DNA of 64,000 bases, taken from Pseudomonadota bacterium (GTDB lineage: Bacteria > Pseudomonadota > Gammaproteobacteria > JAKAQQ01). The stretch covers positions 1 to 64,000 of the forward strand of contig DAHVLZ010000042.1 of the NCBI GenBank assembly GCA_027320085.1. Direction: 5' to 3'. Under the pieces are notes generated by a model, which had not been told where the DNA came from, did not search any database, and was given only the letters and a program-made list of their open reading frames with translations. The stretch's first letter is position 1. Each line of letters starts with the position of its first letter. A program made the translations under genes and the position numbers. Shown piece by piece: positions 42,744-53,242 of this stretch.

Positions 42744-44339
42744 TCAGTGCAGTTTGGGTCCCGGGTGTGGAGGGGACGTAGCTTCTTTCCGGAAGTGGAG
42801 CGGCTGGGTTACGAACGACAGGATTTCGGGTTGTCCCCGCGGGCCCAGGCTGAAGGTGAGGTAGCTTGTGCCTTCATAGCGTTCCTCCCAGCGAACCTCG
42901 AATGTGTGGGGATTCCAGGGCACCAGAATCCCGTGAAAGGCCGGGTTCCCGAGCGTGAGTGTGAGCACGCCGTTCCGTTCTTTCACTTGTGCCGTTCCAT
43001 CAAAACGGCTCCGGTAAAAACCAACGTACCGAGTAAGCGGGACCGGCAGTCGGACCTGGCGTTTGCGCCGGCCCACGAGTTTTCGCCGGATGGACTTTTC
43101 TTTCGCGCGCTGCTCCTGAATGAAGCGGTACCAGGCACGGCTGATGTCCCGGTGGGGCAGCCCCAGATAGGATTGGAGCACGTGAAACAGGATCCCTTCG
43201 GGCGCAAAGTTCTGGTCCAGATTGGAGAGGACCACAACGCCCAAATGCAGGCTCGGCACAATAGCGAGCACGGTCGACATCCCGTTGATGTTCCCTGGAT
43301 GCCAGATCAGCCGGTGACCGCCATACGCCTGGATAAAAAACCCGAGACCGTAGGCATAGAAGGGTTCTCCCGGCGTTTGGATCCGCAACCAGCTGCCCAC
43401 CGAGGGGTTGTCCTCATGGATCAGTATCCAGGGCGTTTCCATGGTGCGGATGATGGCGGGAGAGAGGACGGGTTTCCCCTGGTAGCGACCGTGGTCCATG
43501 AGCATTTCGAGCCAATGGCTCATGTCAAGCACGCTGGTGTTGATGCCGCCCACGGGTGCAAAGACATCCATGTTGTGTGTCCAATAGCGGGGAATCCGCT
43601 TCACCCGACCGTCGATCACCGCGTAGGGGGCTGCCACGTTCTTTTTGCCGGCCAGCTTTTCCTGCCGGGTGACCGTGCCTTTCATGTGCAAGGGGCGGAA
43701 CAGGTGGAGTTGGAGGTAGTGGTTCCAGCTCATGCCCGTGAGAGCCGGAATGAACTGGCTGGCCGCGAGGTAGAGCGTGTTGTTGTAGCAGAAGTGCGTC
43801 CGGAAGGCATAGGTCGGTTTCTGGTAACGGAGCCTCCGGAGAACATTCCGCACGGTGTCGTAAGAGGTGTACCACATGGCTGTGGGGTCGCAGTATCCGC
43901 TCCGGTGCGTGAGCAGGTCCCGGAGGGTGATCATCTGGGTGACGTACGCGCTCTCCAGGCGAAAGTCTCTGAGCGCAGCGTGGACCGGAGTGTCCCAGCG
44001 CAGTTTCCCGGAGGTGACCAACTGGCCCAGTGCCGCCACGGTAAAAGCCTTGGTCAGCGATCCCAGGGTGAAAAGTGTTTCCGGGTTGACCCGGGCGGAC
44101 CGGCCGAGCATCCGGTATCCGTAACCCCGTGCGTATACCCGCTTGCCGTCCTGGACAACGGCCAGGGCAAGACCGGGAACGTGCCAGAGGTGCATGGTCT
44201 TGCGGACATAGGCATTGAGGTGATCCAACTGGGCCGGGAGATGCGCATCGGAACGGGCGAAAGACAACCCGGGCAAGGTTGACATCGACAGCACGACCAG
44301 GCCGAAACCAAAAAACCTGTCGCGAGCCGGATTTTTCAT
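42744..44339 (-). CDS. Secreted serine hydrolase (beta-lactamase class C-like) with a DUF3471-like C-terminus
   Basis: Signal peptide; SLTK (SxxK); YNN; HPG; LLTHRSG. Confidence 0.88.
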   Translation of the reverse strand: MKNPARDRFFGFGLVVLSMSTLPGLSFARSDAHLPAQLDHLNAYVRKTMHLWHVPGLALAVVQDGKRVYARGYGYRMLGRSARVNPETLFTLGSLTKAFTVAALGQLVTSGKLRWDTPVHAALRDFRLESAYVTQMITLRDLLTHRSGYCDPTAMWYTSYDTVRNVLRRLRYQKPTYAFRTHFCYNNTLYLAASQFIPALTGMSWNHYLQLHLFRPLHMKGTVTRQEKLAGKKNVAAPYAVIDGRVKRIPRYWTHNMDVFAPVGGINTSVLDMSHWLEMLMDHGRYQGKPVLSPAIIRTMETPWILIHEDNPSVGSWLRIQTPGEPFYAYGLGFFIQAYGGHRLIWHPGNINGMSTVLAIVPSLHLGVVVLSNLDQNFAPEGILFHVLQSYLGLPHRDISRAWYRFIQEQRAKEKSIRRKLVGRRKRQVRLPVPLTRYVGFYRSRFDGTAQVKERNGVLTLTLGNPAFHGILVPWNPHTFEVRWEERYEGTSYLTFSLGPRGQPEILSFVTQPLHFRKEATSPPHPGPKLH

Positions 44340-44455
44340 GCTCGATCCTTTCAGAAGAGTTGGTCTTTGGCTCGGACGAGTATAGCCCTCTGCTTGGGTG
44401 GGCGGGGTCCGGATCGGCAATCCGAAGGGGGCGGCATTTATGCGAAACTATCGCG

Positions 44456-45445
44456 ATGTCGGATCCCGCCCCCGTCCCGATCGATCCTGCCCCCACTTTC
44501 GGGGAGGTCTTGGGCCGCAACCACCTGTCTCTGACCCGGAAACCGCTCGAAATCCTGCAGGTCAATCTGGGGAAACGCTGTAACCAGGCCTGTAATCACT
44601 GCCATGTGGAAGCGGGGCCGAAGCGGACCGAAATCATGGCCACTCGAACGGTCGACCGGATCCTGGAGTTGCTCGACCGTTCATGCGGAATTACCACCGT
44701 GGACCTGACCGGCGGGGCGCCCGAACTCCATCCCCAGTTCCGTCGTCTCGTGATGACGGCACGTGGGGCGGGGAAACAAGTGATCGACCGGTGTAATCTC
44801 ACGGTCCTCTTTGAACCCGGCCAGGAGGAGACTGCCCGGTTCCTCGCACAAAACCAGGTGACCGTGATCGCTTCACTGCCCTGTTACAGCCGTGAGAACG
44901 TTGAAAAACAGCGGGGGGTTGGGGTCTTCGAGCCCAGCCTGCGGGCCCTCGAGAAACTGAACGCGCTGGGTTATGCAGCCCCCGGAAGCACCCTGGAGCT
45001 GCATCTGGTCTACAACCCGGTCGGCCCCTTTCTTCCTCCTCCCCAGGCGCGGCTTGAAAGCGATTACAAGAAACAGCTGGGAGAGCACTACGGGATCCGC
45101 TTCAACCGTCTCCTCACGATCACGAACATGCCGATCAGCCGGTTTCTCCATCAACTGCTCCGAGACGGGACGTATGAGGCTTACCAGACGCTTCTCGTCC
45201 AGTCCTTCAACCCCGAGACCATCCCCGGTCTCATGTGCCGGAACCTGCTCTCGGTCGGATGGGATGGGCAGCTTTATGACTGCGATTTCAACCAGATGCT
45301 CGAGCTGCCGCTGGGCGGGCGACCCCGGAGCCTTTGGGAAATCGAGGCTTTTGACGATCTGGCACAGGGGCCGATTGCCTGTGGACCCCATTGTTTTGGA
45401 TGTGCGGCCGGGGCGGGTAGTTCCTGCGGCGGAGCACTCGTCTGA
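44456..45445 (+). CDS. ArsS-like radical SAM/Cys-rich protein (DUF3641)
   Basis: QVNLGKRCNQACNHCHV, DLTGGAPEL, YDCDFNQML, HCFGCAAGAGSSCGG. Confidence 0.85.
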   Translation: MSDPAPVPIDPAPTFGEVLGRNHLSLTRKPLEILQVNLGKRCNQACNHCHVEAGPKRTEIMATRTVDRILELLDRSCGITTVDLTGGAPELHPQFRRLVMTARGAGKQVIDRCNLTVLFEPGQEETARFLAQNQVTVIASLPCYSRENVEKQRGVGVFEPSLRALEKLNALGYAAPGSTLELHLVYNPVGPFLPPPQARLESDYKKQLGEHYGIRFNRLLTITNMPISRFLHQLLRDGTYEAYQTLLVQSFNPETIPGLMCRNLLSVGWDGQLYDCDFNQMLELPLGGRPRSLWEIEAFDDLAQGPIACGPHCFGCAAGAGSSCGGALV

Positions 45446-45527
45446 CGGTCAACAGGGCGAGAGGACGACCCGCTATAATGGCGCTTCGCCTCCTATGTGG
45501 GGCTATCAGATACCCGGACTACTGCTG

Positions 45528-47456
45528 ATGCCCAAGATTACGATTCCACTTCAGGGCGAGGTGGATCAAGCGGAGCCCCTGTCGGTTCAAGAAGCCCTGG
45601 CCCGACGCGTCGGACCCGAGGTCATGTCACGGGTGGTGGCCGGACGGCTCAATGGCCGACCCGTCGATCTCTCCCTGACACTCGACTCGGATGCCGTCGT
45701 CGAGCCGGTCAGGGCAGAGGAACCCTTGGGACTTGAGATCCTGAGACATTCAACTGCGCATCTTCTGGCCCATGCGGTCAAGCGCCTTTTTCCGCAGACC
45801 CAGGTCACAATCGGCCCGGTGATCGAAGATGGCTTCTATTACGATTTCCACGTTGAGCCACCTTTTTCGGTGGAGGACCTGCCACGGATCGAAGCGGAGA
45901 TGCGGCAAATCGTCTCCGAGGATCTCCCCATTGAACGCCAGGTCATGACCCGGGATGCGGCCGTCCGTTTTTTCTCTGAGCGGGGTGAGGCCTACAAGGC
46001 CGAGATCATCCGGGAAATCCCCGCAGGCGAGGTGATCAGTCTCTATCGCCAAGGTGATTTTCAGGATTTGTGCCGGGGACCCCATGTTCCCTCGACCGGG
46101 CGCCTCGGCAATTTCAAGCTGACGCAGGTCGCCGGTGCGTACTGGCGGGGGGATTCTCGCAATGTCATGTTGACCCGGATTTACGGCACGGCCTGGGCCA
46201 GCCCTGAGGCACTGACCCAGCACCTCGAACGGATCGCGGAAGCTGAAAAAAGGGATCACCGGAGACTGGCCAAGCTGATGAATCTGTTTCATTTCCAGGA
46301 CGAGGCCCCCGGGATGGTGTTCTGGCACGAGGCGGGATGGGTGCTGTACCGGGCCATCGAGGACTATATCCGGGGCCAGCTGGCGGCTGCGGGGTATCGG
46401 GAAGTGCACACGCCCCTCATGCTGGACCGTGTCCTGTGGGAGCGTTCGGGACATGCCGACAAGTTCGGTACGCAGATGTTTGCCGTCTCTGTGGACAACC
46501 GGGAGTATGCCATCAAGCCCATGAACTGCCCGGCCCATGTCCAGATCTTCAACCAGGGGGTCCGGAGCTACCGGGAGTTGCCGCTTCGCCTTGCGGAATT
46601 CGGGGTCTGCCACCGGAATGAACCTTCCGGGACCCTGCACGGACTTCTCCGGGCACGCTCTTTCGTCCAGGATGACGCCCATATTTTCTGTGCTCCCGAC
46701 CAGGTGGAGCCAGAAGCCACGGCCTTCATCCGCCTGCTTTTCAATGTGTACCGGGATTTTGGTTTTTCGGACATCCAGATCCATCTGTCCACCCGTCCCG
46801 AGCAGCGGGTGGGAAGCGACGAGCTTTGGGATCGTGCGGAGGAGGCCCTGTCGCAGGCCCTGCAACACGAGAATCTGGCCTATTCGATCCAGCCGGGGGA
46901 GGGCGCCTTTTATGGACCGAAGATCGAATTTTCGCTACGGGATACCCTGGGCCGGGTGTGGCAGTGCGGAACCCTGCAGCTGGATTACGTGCTGCCCGAG
47001 CGGCTCGGGGCCAGTTTTATCAATGCGGAAGGGAACAAGGAACGCGTCGTCATGCTGCATCGGGCCATTTTGGGATCCCTGGAACGCTTTATCGGGATTC
47101 TCCTGGAGCACCATGCGGGTGTCCTGCCGCTCTGGCTGGCCCCGGTCCAGGTGGCCGTCCTGACCATTACGGGACAACAGGACGAATATGCCCGTCAGGC
47201 CTGCCAAGTACTGGAAGGGGCAGGGTTCAGGGTCGCGCTGGACTTGAGAAATGAGAAGATTGGCCTTAAAATTAGGGAACACTCGATCCAGCGGGTTCCG
47301 TACCTGGCCGTGATCGGTCCGAAAGAGGCGGCTTCTGGCCGTCTCGCCGTACGCCGCCAAAATGGCAGTAACCTGGGAGACAGATCTCTGGAAAGCTTTG
47401 TGGCTGACTTGACTAGGGAACGGAATCGCCGTGGCCAAGATGTAGTGGAGGACTGA
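45528..47456 (+). CDS. thrS: Threonyl-tRNA synthetase
   Basis: RHSTAH, DLCRGPH, RDHR, KPMNCP, GAFYGPK, HRAILGSLERF. Confidence 0.97.
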   Translation: MPKITIPLQGEVDQAEPLSVQEALARRVGPEVMSRVVAGRLNGRPVDLSLTLDSDAVVEPVRAEEPLGLEILRHSTAHLLAHAVKRLFPQTQVTIGPVIEDGFYYDFHVEPPFSVEDLPRIEAEMRQIVSEDLPIERQVMTRDAAVRFFSERGEAYKAEIIREIPAGEVISLYRQGDFQDLCRGPHVPSTGRLGNFKLTQVAGAYWRGDSRNVMLTRIYGTAWASPEALTQHLERIAEAEKRDHRRLAKLMNLFHFQDEAPGMVFWHEAGWVLYRAIEDYIRGQLAAAGYREVHTPLMLDRVLWERSGHADKFGTQMFAVSVDNREYAIKPMNCPAHVQIFNQGVRSYRELPLRLAEFGVCHRNEPSGTLHGLLRARSFVQDDAHIFCAPDQVEPEATAFIRLLFNVYRDFGFSDIQIHLSTRPEQRVGSDELWDRAEEALSQALQHENLAYSIQPGEGAFYGPKIEFSLRDTLGRVWQCGTLQLDYVLPERLGASFINAEGNKERVVMLHRAILGSLERFIGILLEHHAGVLPLWLAPVQVAVLTITGQQDEYARQACQVLEGAGFRVALDLRNEKIGLKIREHSIQRVPYLAVIGPKEAASGRLAVRRQNGSNLGDRSLESFVADLTRERNRRGQDVVED

Positions 47457-47459
47457 GGC

Positions 47460-47978
47460 ATCAGCGGCGAGAAAAAAGTTCGGCGTAATGCCGAGATCAC
47501 GGTGCCCCGAGTGCGCGTGATCGACCACAATGGTCAGCAAATCGGGGTCCTGCCCACGGGCGAGGCCATGAGAGTTGCTGAAAACGCGGGACTGGATCTG
47601 GTCGAGGTTTCGCCCACCGCGGATCCTCCGGTCTGCCGGGTGATGAATTTCGGCAAATACCAGTTTGAGCTGAACAAGAAGGTTCAGGCCAACCGCAAGA
47701 AGCAGAAGCAGATCCATATCAAGGAGGTCAAGTTCCGGCCGACCACGGAAGAAAACGACTACCAGATCAAGCTGAAAAGTATCATGCGTTTTCTGGCAGA
47801 CGGAGATAAGGCGAAGGTCACCCTGCGTTTTAGGGGACGCGAATTGCTGCACCAGGACTTGGGTGCCCAGATTCTCAACCGGATCCAGACGGATTTGGAT
47901 TCGAATGCGGTGGTCGAGATGGCGCCGCGCCTTGAAGGACGACAAATTGTGATGGTGCTCGTGCCCCGTCGCAAGTAA
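47460..47978 (+). CDS. infC: Translation initiation factor IF-3 with a probable non-canonical ATC start
   Basis: GGAGGA RBS 7 nt before an in-frame ATC at 47460; LDLVEVSP..PPVCR; KEVKFRP. Confidence 0.93.
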   Translation: MSGEKKVRRNAEITVPRVRVIDHNGQQIGVLPTGEAMRVAENAGLDLVEVSPTADPPVCRVMNFGKYQFELNKKVQANRKKQKQIHIKEVKFRPTTEENDYQIKLKSIMRFLADGDKAKVTLRFRGRELLHQDLGAQILNRIQTDLDSNAVVEMAPRLEGRQIVMVLVPRRK

Positions 47979-47987
47979 AACCGAAAA

Positions 47988-48008
47988 GCATTCCCCTTGA
48001 GGGAATGC
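47988..48008 (+). promoter_or_regulatory. Stem-loop in the infC-rpmI intergenic region
   Basis: GCATTCCC-CTTGA-GGGAATGC perfect 8-bp stem; function not determinable (possibly part of an L20 autoregulatory leader). Confidence 0.4.
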
Positions 48009-48064
48009 CCTTGGTCGTCAATGCCGCGAGAGCGGAACCAAGCCAATATGCGGAGTAGTGTGTC

Positions 48065-48259
48065 ATGCCCAAGCTCAAGACCAATCGTGGTGCGGCCAAG
48101 CGTTTCCGGGCGCAAGCCAATGGCTTCAAACGGAAACACTCCCATCGCCGCCATATCCTGTCCACCAAGTCGCCCAAACGGAAGCGTCAGCTGCGCAGTC
48201 CGGCGGTCGTCGGACCTACTGACCGCGACCGTTTGCGCCCGCTTCTGCCCTACCAGTAA
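48065..48259 (+). CDS. rpmI: 50S ribosomal protein L35
   Basis: [14 protein letters not shown]...[15 protein letters not shown]. Confidence 0.96.
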   Translation: MPKLKTNRGAAKRFRAQANGFKRKHSHRRHILSTKSPKRKRQLRSPAVVGPTDRDRLRPLLPYQ

Positions 48260-48271
48260 AGGAGACTCGAC

Positions 48272-48634
48272 ATGGCACGAGTAAAAAGGGGGGTCACCAG
48301 CCGGGCCCGGCACAAGAAGGTTCTGAAAAAGGCCAAGGGCTACTATGGTGCGCGCAGCCGGACCATCAAGGTCGCCCGGCAGGCGGTGCTCAAGGCCGGC
48401 CAGTACGCGTATCGCGACCGGCGGCAGAGAAAGCGCGAATTCCGAGCCCTGTGGATTGTTCGGATCAACGCGGGAAGCCGCGAGCACGGCCTGTCTTACA
48501 GCCAGTTCGTGAAGGGTCTGTCCAAGGCCGAGATCGTGGTTGACCGGAAAATTCTTGCGGAACTCGCCGTGCAGGATCCGGCGGCCTTTGCCACGCTGGT
48601 GGAGCAAGCCAAAACGGCCCTGGCTGCTGGCTGA
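48272..48634 (+). CDS. rplT: 50S ribosomal protein L20
   Basis: MARVKRGV...AKGYYG...YAYRDRR. Confidence 0.97.
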   Translation: MARVKRGVTSRARHKKVLKKAKGYYGARSRTIKVARQAVLKAGQYAYRDRRQRKREFRALWIVRINAGSREHGLSYSQFVKGLSKAEIVVDRKILAELAVQDPAAFATLVEQAKTALAAG

Positions 48635-48685
48635 ACCTCCCAGCAGGCGGAGTGTAGTTCCCGCAATCGCTTGTGGAGGTTCCCT

Positions 48686-49720
48686 GTGGCATCCGAACCG
48701 GAGTTTCTCGATTCAGCCCTGGCGGCCATCTCCACCGCCGGCACCCTGGCCGAACTGGAACAGGTCCGGGTCCACTGGCTGGGACGGCAGGGAATCCTGC
48801 CGGAAGCCTTCCGTCGGTTGGCGACTCTGTCCGGTGCGGAGCGAAGTGCCACCGGTCAGGGACTGAACAGGGCCCGGGATGCGATTGAAGAGGCAATCCG
48901 GAAGCGACGGAAGTCCTTGGAGACGGATCAGGTCGAAAAACAACTGGCCCGCAAGCGGGTGGATGTCACCCTGCCCGGTCGGGGCCTCATGCCCGGGACC
49001 CTTCATCCGTTGACCCAGGCCCGACTCCTCATTGAGAACCATTTTTGCGGCAGCGGTTTCACCATCGCGACCGGTCCCGAAATCGAGGACGACTTCCATA
49101 ATTTTACGGCGCTCAACATGGGCCCGGACCATCCGGCCCGGGCCGCCCACGACACTTTTTACCTGGACCCCGGCGCCCTCCTGCTCCGGACCCACACGTC
49201 GCCCGTACAAATCCGCGCCCTCAGGCGGTGGGGCCCACCGCTTCGGATCATTGCGCCCGGCCGGGTCTACCGTCGAGATTCGGATCTCACGCATACACCC
49301 ATGTTTCACCAGGTGGAGGGACTGGTGGTGGATCGGGAAATCTCATGGGCGGAGATGACCGATGTGCTGAGTGACTTTCTCCACGCCTTTTTCACGGATG
49401 GCCTGAAGATCCGGTTTCGTCCTTCTTATTTTCCCTTCACCGAGCCGTCGGCAGAGGTCGATCTGGAGTGTTTTTTCTGTGCCCGGCGCGGATGCCGGGT
49501 GTGCAAGCAGTCCGGCTGGATCGAAGTCATGGGTTGTGGCCTGGTCCATCCCGAGGTTTTTCGGCAATCCGGAGTGGATCCCGGGGAGTGGTCCGGACTG
49601 GCTTTTGGAATGGGGATCGAACGGCTGGCCATGCTCAAATACCGCATTGGCGACATCCGGTGGTTTTACGACAATGACCTGCGTTTCCTGACGCCACGTC
49701 CGGCGGCTTCGGGATCATGA
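48686..49720 (+). CDS. pheS: Phenylalanyl-tRNA synthetase alpha
   Basis: LLRTHTSPVQ, HTPMFHQVEG, FPFTEPS, GLAFGMGIER; GGAGG before the GTG at 48686. Confidence 0.96.
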   Translation: MASEPEFLDSALAAISTAGTLAELEQVRVHWLGRQGILPEAFRRLATLSGAERSATGQGLNRARDAIEEAIRKRRKSLETDQVEKQLARKRVDVTLPGRGLMPGTLHPLTQARLLIENHFCGSGFTIATGPEIEDDFHNFTALNMGPDHPARAAHDTFYLDPGALLLRTHTSPVQIRALRRWGPPLRIIAPGRVYRRDSDLTHTPMFHQVEGLVVDREISWAEMTDVLSDFLHAFFTDGLKIRFRPSYFPFTEPSAEVDLECFFCARRGCRVCKQSGWIEVMGCGLVHPEVFRQSGVDPGEWSGLAFGMGIERLAMLKYRIGDIRWFYDNDLRFLTPRPAASGS

Positions 49721-52086
49721 AAATCACCCGTCGCTGGCTCGAGGACTGGCTCCCCATCCCCATGCGGGATCACCGCTTGCGGAACCGGCTCACGGAAGGG
49801 GGGTTCGAGGTCGAGACCGTGCACGTTCTCTCCGCGCCTTTTTCGGGAGTGTGCGTGGCGGCCATCCAGTCCGTGGATTTTATGAAGGACGGGCGGCTTC
49901 GGGTCTGCCGGTTGGAAGCCGGCGGCCGGCTGGCCACGGTGGTCTCCGGGGCACCGAACCTCGAACCCGGTCACCGGGTTGCCTGGGCACCGCCCGGCGC
50001 CCGGCTCCCGGGACGCTCGCCGCTTGACGAACGGCATTTCCACGAGGTGCTTTCCTCAGGCATGCTCTGTTCTGAGCAGGAACTCGGCATCGGCACCCGC
50101 AGTGACCGGATCCTGGAGTTGCCCGGGGAGGGCGTCACCGGAGTCGATCTTGCCCCGGTGCTGGAGTGGCCTGATGCCCTGTTTGAAATCGACGTCACAC
50201 CCAACCGTGGCGACTGTTTGAGTGCGCTCGGATTGGCCCGCGAGATTTCCGGGCTGACGGGAGTGGCTTTGTCCCGGTCCCCGCCAGGGGGAGCTACCAG
50301 TCTGCCTCGGGGTCGTCCTCTCAGGATCGATGCGCCCTCTGCCTGCTCCCGGTTTATCGGACTTGAATTTGCGCTCTTGGATCCCCGTATCGAGACGCCG
50401 TTGGCCCTGCGAATGCGGTTGGCCCGTTTGGGCATTGAATCGATTCACCCGGTCGTCGATGTCACACAATATGTGATGATGGAGCTTGGCCAACCGCTCC
50501 ATGCATACGATGCCGGGGCCGTCGGCGAGGGCGAACTCAGGGTCCGCTGGGCTCGAAAAGGGGAATCCCTGGACCTTTTGAACAAACGCACCATTGAGCT
50601 GGATGAAGACTTCCTGGTCGTGGCTTCCCCGACACGACCTCTGGGCCTGGCGGGTGTGATGGGAGGACTCGAGGCTTCAGTGCAAAGCGAAACCCGTCAC
50701 ATTTTTCTGGAGAGTGCGCATTTTTCCCCGGGGGCGATTGCGGGTCGGGCTCGTCGTATCAACTGTGGCAGCGAGGCGGCACAGCGTTTCGAGCGGGGAG
50801 TGGACCCGGCGCTTCCGGTTTCTGCCATTGAGCGTGCGGTCGAACTCCTGACGGAGATCTATGGCTCGGCAATCCGTTTTGAAGCCCTGTCGGAGGCGAC
50901 GGGAACCCCCCCCAGCCCGCGCGAAATCCGGCTCGAGCCCTCGCTGGTCCAGAAAAAACTCGGATGCCGACTTCAGCGCCGGACCCTGCTGAAATACCTC
51001 GAGGCGACGAGATGTGTTGTGAAGCCGACAGGTTCCGGTTTCCGGGTGACGCCTCCCTCCTGCCGTTACGATCTCCATGCGCCAGAAGATCTCGTAGAGG
51101 AGGTGGCCAGGCTCCATGGATATGCACGCTTGCCGATGCGCCCGCTGACTGGCGCACTGCGGCGCTTGCCCCGGGACCCCTTCCATGCGTCCATGGAGAA
51201 ATGGCGCGGACGACTCGCGGAGCGGGGCTACCATGAAACGATCTCCCTCTCGCTCATCGATCCGGACTGGGACCAGGCATTTGCCCCGCCGGAGGAATCA
51301 CCGGTCCACCTGCTCAATCCGCTGGCAGGTGATCAATCCACGCTGAGGCGGAGTCTCTGGCCCTGTCTTGTGCGAACGCTGGTCTACAACCAGGCCCGCG
51401 AGCAGAGACGGCTTCGGATTTTCGAGATGGGATCGGTTTTCTGGGAACAAGATGGGCGGAAGAATGAACAAGAGGAAGTCGCCGGCTTGTGGAACGGTTC
51501 GTCCGTGGAGATGCAATGGGGAACCCCAGATCGGGAAGTCGATTTTTATGACGTCAAGCTGGATCTCGAGTCATTGCTGGTTTCCGTGCCGGGGCGACTG
51601 CGCTTCAGGCCGTCCCAACATGTGGCCCTGGATCCTGCGGAATGTGCCTGTCTCTTCCTGGACGAACGCCGGATCGGCTTTTTGGGCGCGCTGCACCCGA
51701 AACTCCAGAAGCGCTGGGAAGTCAAGGGCAAAACCTATATTTGGTCCTTTAATTTGAATGAATTAGGAGCATTTTCTGATGTAGAATATAAGTCACCGCC
51801 CCGCTTTCCCTCAATCCGGCGTGATCTGGCTTTCGAGTTGCCGACCGCGGTACCGGTGGGAGAGGTAGAGGAGGCACTGCTGGTTGCCGGGCGTCCCTCT
51901 CTTGTGGAAGTCCGGCTTTTTGATGTCTACACCGGGGCGCCTTTACAGGAAGGTTTCAGAAGCCTGGCGTTTAGCTTGATCTTTCGGGATGAACATAGCA
52001 CACTAACGGAAAAGGCCATCAACGATCTCTGTGAAAAAGCAGTTGTCATCATCGAGGGGGGGTTCCATGGTAGACTCCGAAGGTAA
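49717..52086 (+). CDS. pheT: Phenylalanyl-tRNA synthetase beta
   Basis: [34 protein letters not shown]. Confidence 0.95.
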   Translation: MKITRRWLEDWLPIPMRDHRLRNRLTEGGFEVETVHVLSAPFSGVCVAAIQSVDFMKDGRLRVCRLEAGGRLATVVSGAPNLEPGHRVAWAPPGARLPGRSPLDERHFHEVLSSGMLCSEQELGIGTRSDRILELPGEGVTGVDLAPVLEWPDALFEIDVTPNRGDCLSALGLAREISGLTGVALSRSPPGGATSLPRGRPLRIDAPSACSRFIGLEFALLDPRIETPLALRMRLARLGIESIHPVVDVTQYVMMELGQPLHAYDAGAVGEGELRVRWARKGESLDLLNKRTIELDEDFLVVASPTRPLGLAGVMGGLEASVQSETRHIFLESAHFSPGAIAGRARRINCGSEAAQRFERGVDPALPVSAIERAVELLTEIYGSAIRFEALSEATGTPPSPREIRLEPSLVQKKLGCRLQRRTLLKYLEATRCVVKPTGSGFRVTPPSCRYDLHAPEDLVEEVARLHGYARLPMRPLTGALRRLPRDPFHASMEKWRGRLAERGYHETISLSLIDPDWDQAFAPPEESPVHLLNPLAGDQSTLRRSLWPCLVRTLVYNQAREQRRLRIFEMGSVFWEQDGRKNEQEEVAGLWNGSSVEMQWGTPDREVDFYDVKLDLESLLVSVPGRLRFRPSQHVALDPAECACLFLDERRIGFLGALHPKLQKRWEVKGKTYIWSFNLNELGAFSDVEYKSPPRFPSIRRDLAFELPTAVPVGEVEEALLVAGRPSLVEVRLFDVYTGAPLQEGFRSLAFSLIFRDEHSTLTEKAINDLCEKAVVIIEGGFHGRLRR

Positions 52087-52390
52087 ATCAACCGCTCTGA
52101 CCAAGGCGAACTTGGCAGCAGCCTTGAATGGCGAACTCGGAATCAATAAACGGGAATCCCGTGAACTCGTGGATCTTTTCTTTGATGCGATCAAAACCGC
52201 CCTGTTCGATGGCCGTTGTGTCCACCTGTCCAGCTTCGGGAACTTCGATCTGCGCGACAAAAACCAAAGACCCGGTCGGAATCCCAAAACCGGCGAGGAA
52301 ATACCCATTTCCGCCCGCCGGGTTATCACCTTCCATCCAGGCCAGAAACTGAGGACCCGTGTCGATGGTTATGCTGGAAGCAGAGAATAA
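52067..52390 (+). CDS. ihfA: Integration host factor alpha
   Basis: [30 protein letters not shown]. Confidence 0.96.
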   Translation: MVDSEGKSTALTKANLAAALNGELGINKRESRELVDLFFDAIKTALFDGRCVHLSSFGNFDLRDKNQRPGRNPKTGEEIPISARRVITFHPGQKLRTRVDGYAGSRE

Positions 52391-52727
52391 ACTTGAACTA
52401 GCCCCGATCCCCGCGAAGCGTTACTTCACGATCGGGGAGGTCAGTGATCTTTGCCAGGTCAAGCCTCATGTGCTCCGGTATTGGGAGCAAGAGTTCAGCC
52501 AGTTGCGCCCCGTCAAGCGCAAGGGCAACCGGCGGTATTACCAGCGCCAGGATCTCATTCTGATCCGCCAGATCCGCAGCCTTCTTTACGAGCATGGCTA
52601 TACGATTGGGGGCGCGCGTCAGCAGCTGGGAGGGGATGGGATGCAGCAGGACATGCATCACAGCACCCAGATTGTCAAGCAGCTACGGATGGAACTCGAG
52701 GATATTCTGAAGTTCTTGAGAAGCTGA
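52371..52727 (+). CDS. MerR-family regulator (conserved after ihfA)
   Basis: [13 protein letters not shown]...[11 protein letters not shown]. Confidence 0.92.
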   Translation: MLEAENKLELAPIPAKRYFTIGEVSDLCQVKPHVLRYWEQEFSQLRPVKRKGNRRYYQRQDLILIRQIRSLLYEHGYTIGGARQQLGGDGMQQDMHHSTQIVKQLRMELEDILKFLRS

Positions 52728-52745
52728 AAGTCAGGGTGGGTCAGT

Positions 52746-52822
52746 CGGGGTGTAGCGCAGCCTGGTAGCGCACCTGCATGGGGTGCAGGTGGTCGGAGGT
52801 TCAAATCCTCTCACCCCGACCA
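52746..52822 (+). tRNA. tRNA-Pro (GGG)
   Basis: CGGGGTG/CACCCCG acceptor stem; CCTGC-ATGGGGT-GCAGG anticodon arm; GGTTCAAATCC; CCA. Confidence 0.96.
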
Positions 52823-52832
52823 ATTAATCAGG

Positions 52833-52962
52833 GGGTCCGTACCGGGCCACATGGGTGACGGATGATTCCGAGGACAGGGGTAACACCTTGGCCTCGAAGG
52901 GGTTATCTGCGCATTCGACCCGATTGCTTTCGTGGTCGAAGAATCCCAAGTCGTCGTGCATG
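52833..52962 (-). pseudogene. Remnant of an IS481-like transposase C-terminus and terminal repeats
   Basis: Minus strand reads MHDDLGFFDHESNRVECADNPFEAKVLPLSSE, resembling IS481 C-termini; TGTTACCCCTGT / CGTCACCCATGT repeats. Confidence 0.55.
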
Positions 52963-53242
52963 ATCGGTGAGGGTCAGCGGACAGCAGTCACGCCGATCAC
53001 CCAGCATGAACTCACCCTTGTAATTGGCGCACCCCAGCTCGGATGCTCGTGCTTGAGCCCAACCATGCGCCTCTCAAGCACACCGGGAAGACCAGGTCAC
53101 CGGTCTTGCACGAGAGACCGAATTCGCGACACGGCACCGCCATCTTCTGCCCCTCCAACAACCGAGCCGCAAAGCGTAGTCGTTTCACCCCGAAGGGGCA
53201 GGCGCGTCATTTTCATAACCTCCAGTAGGGAGCGGCTTTTGT

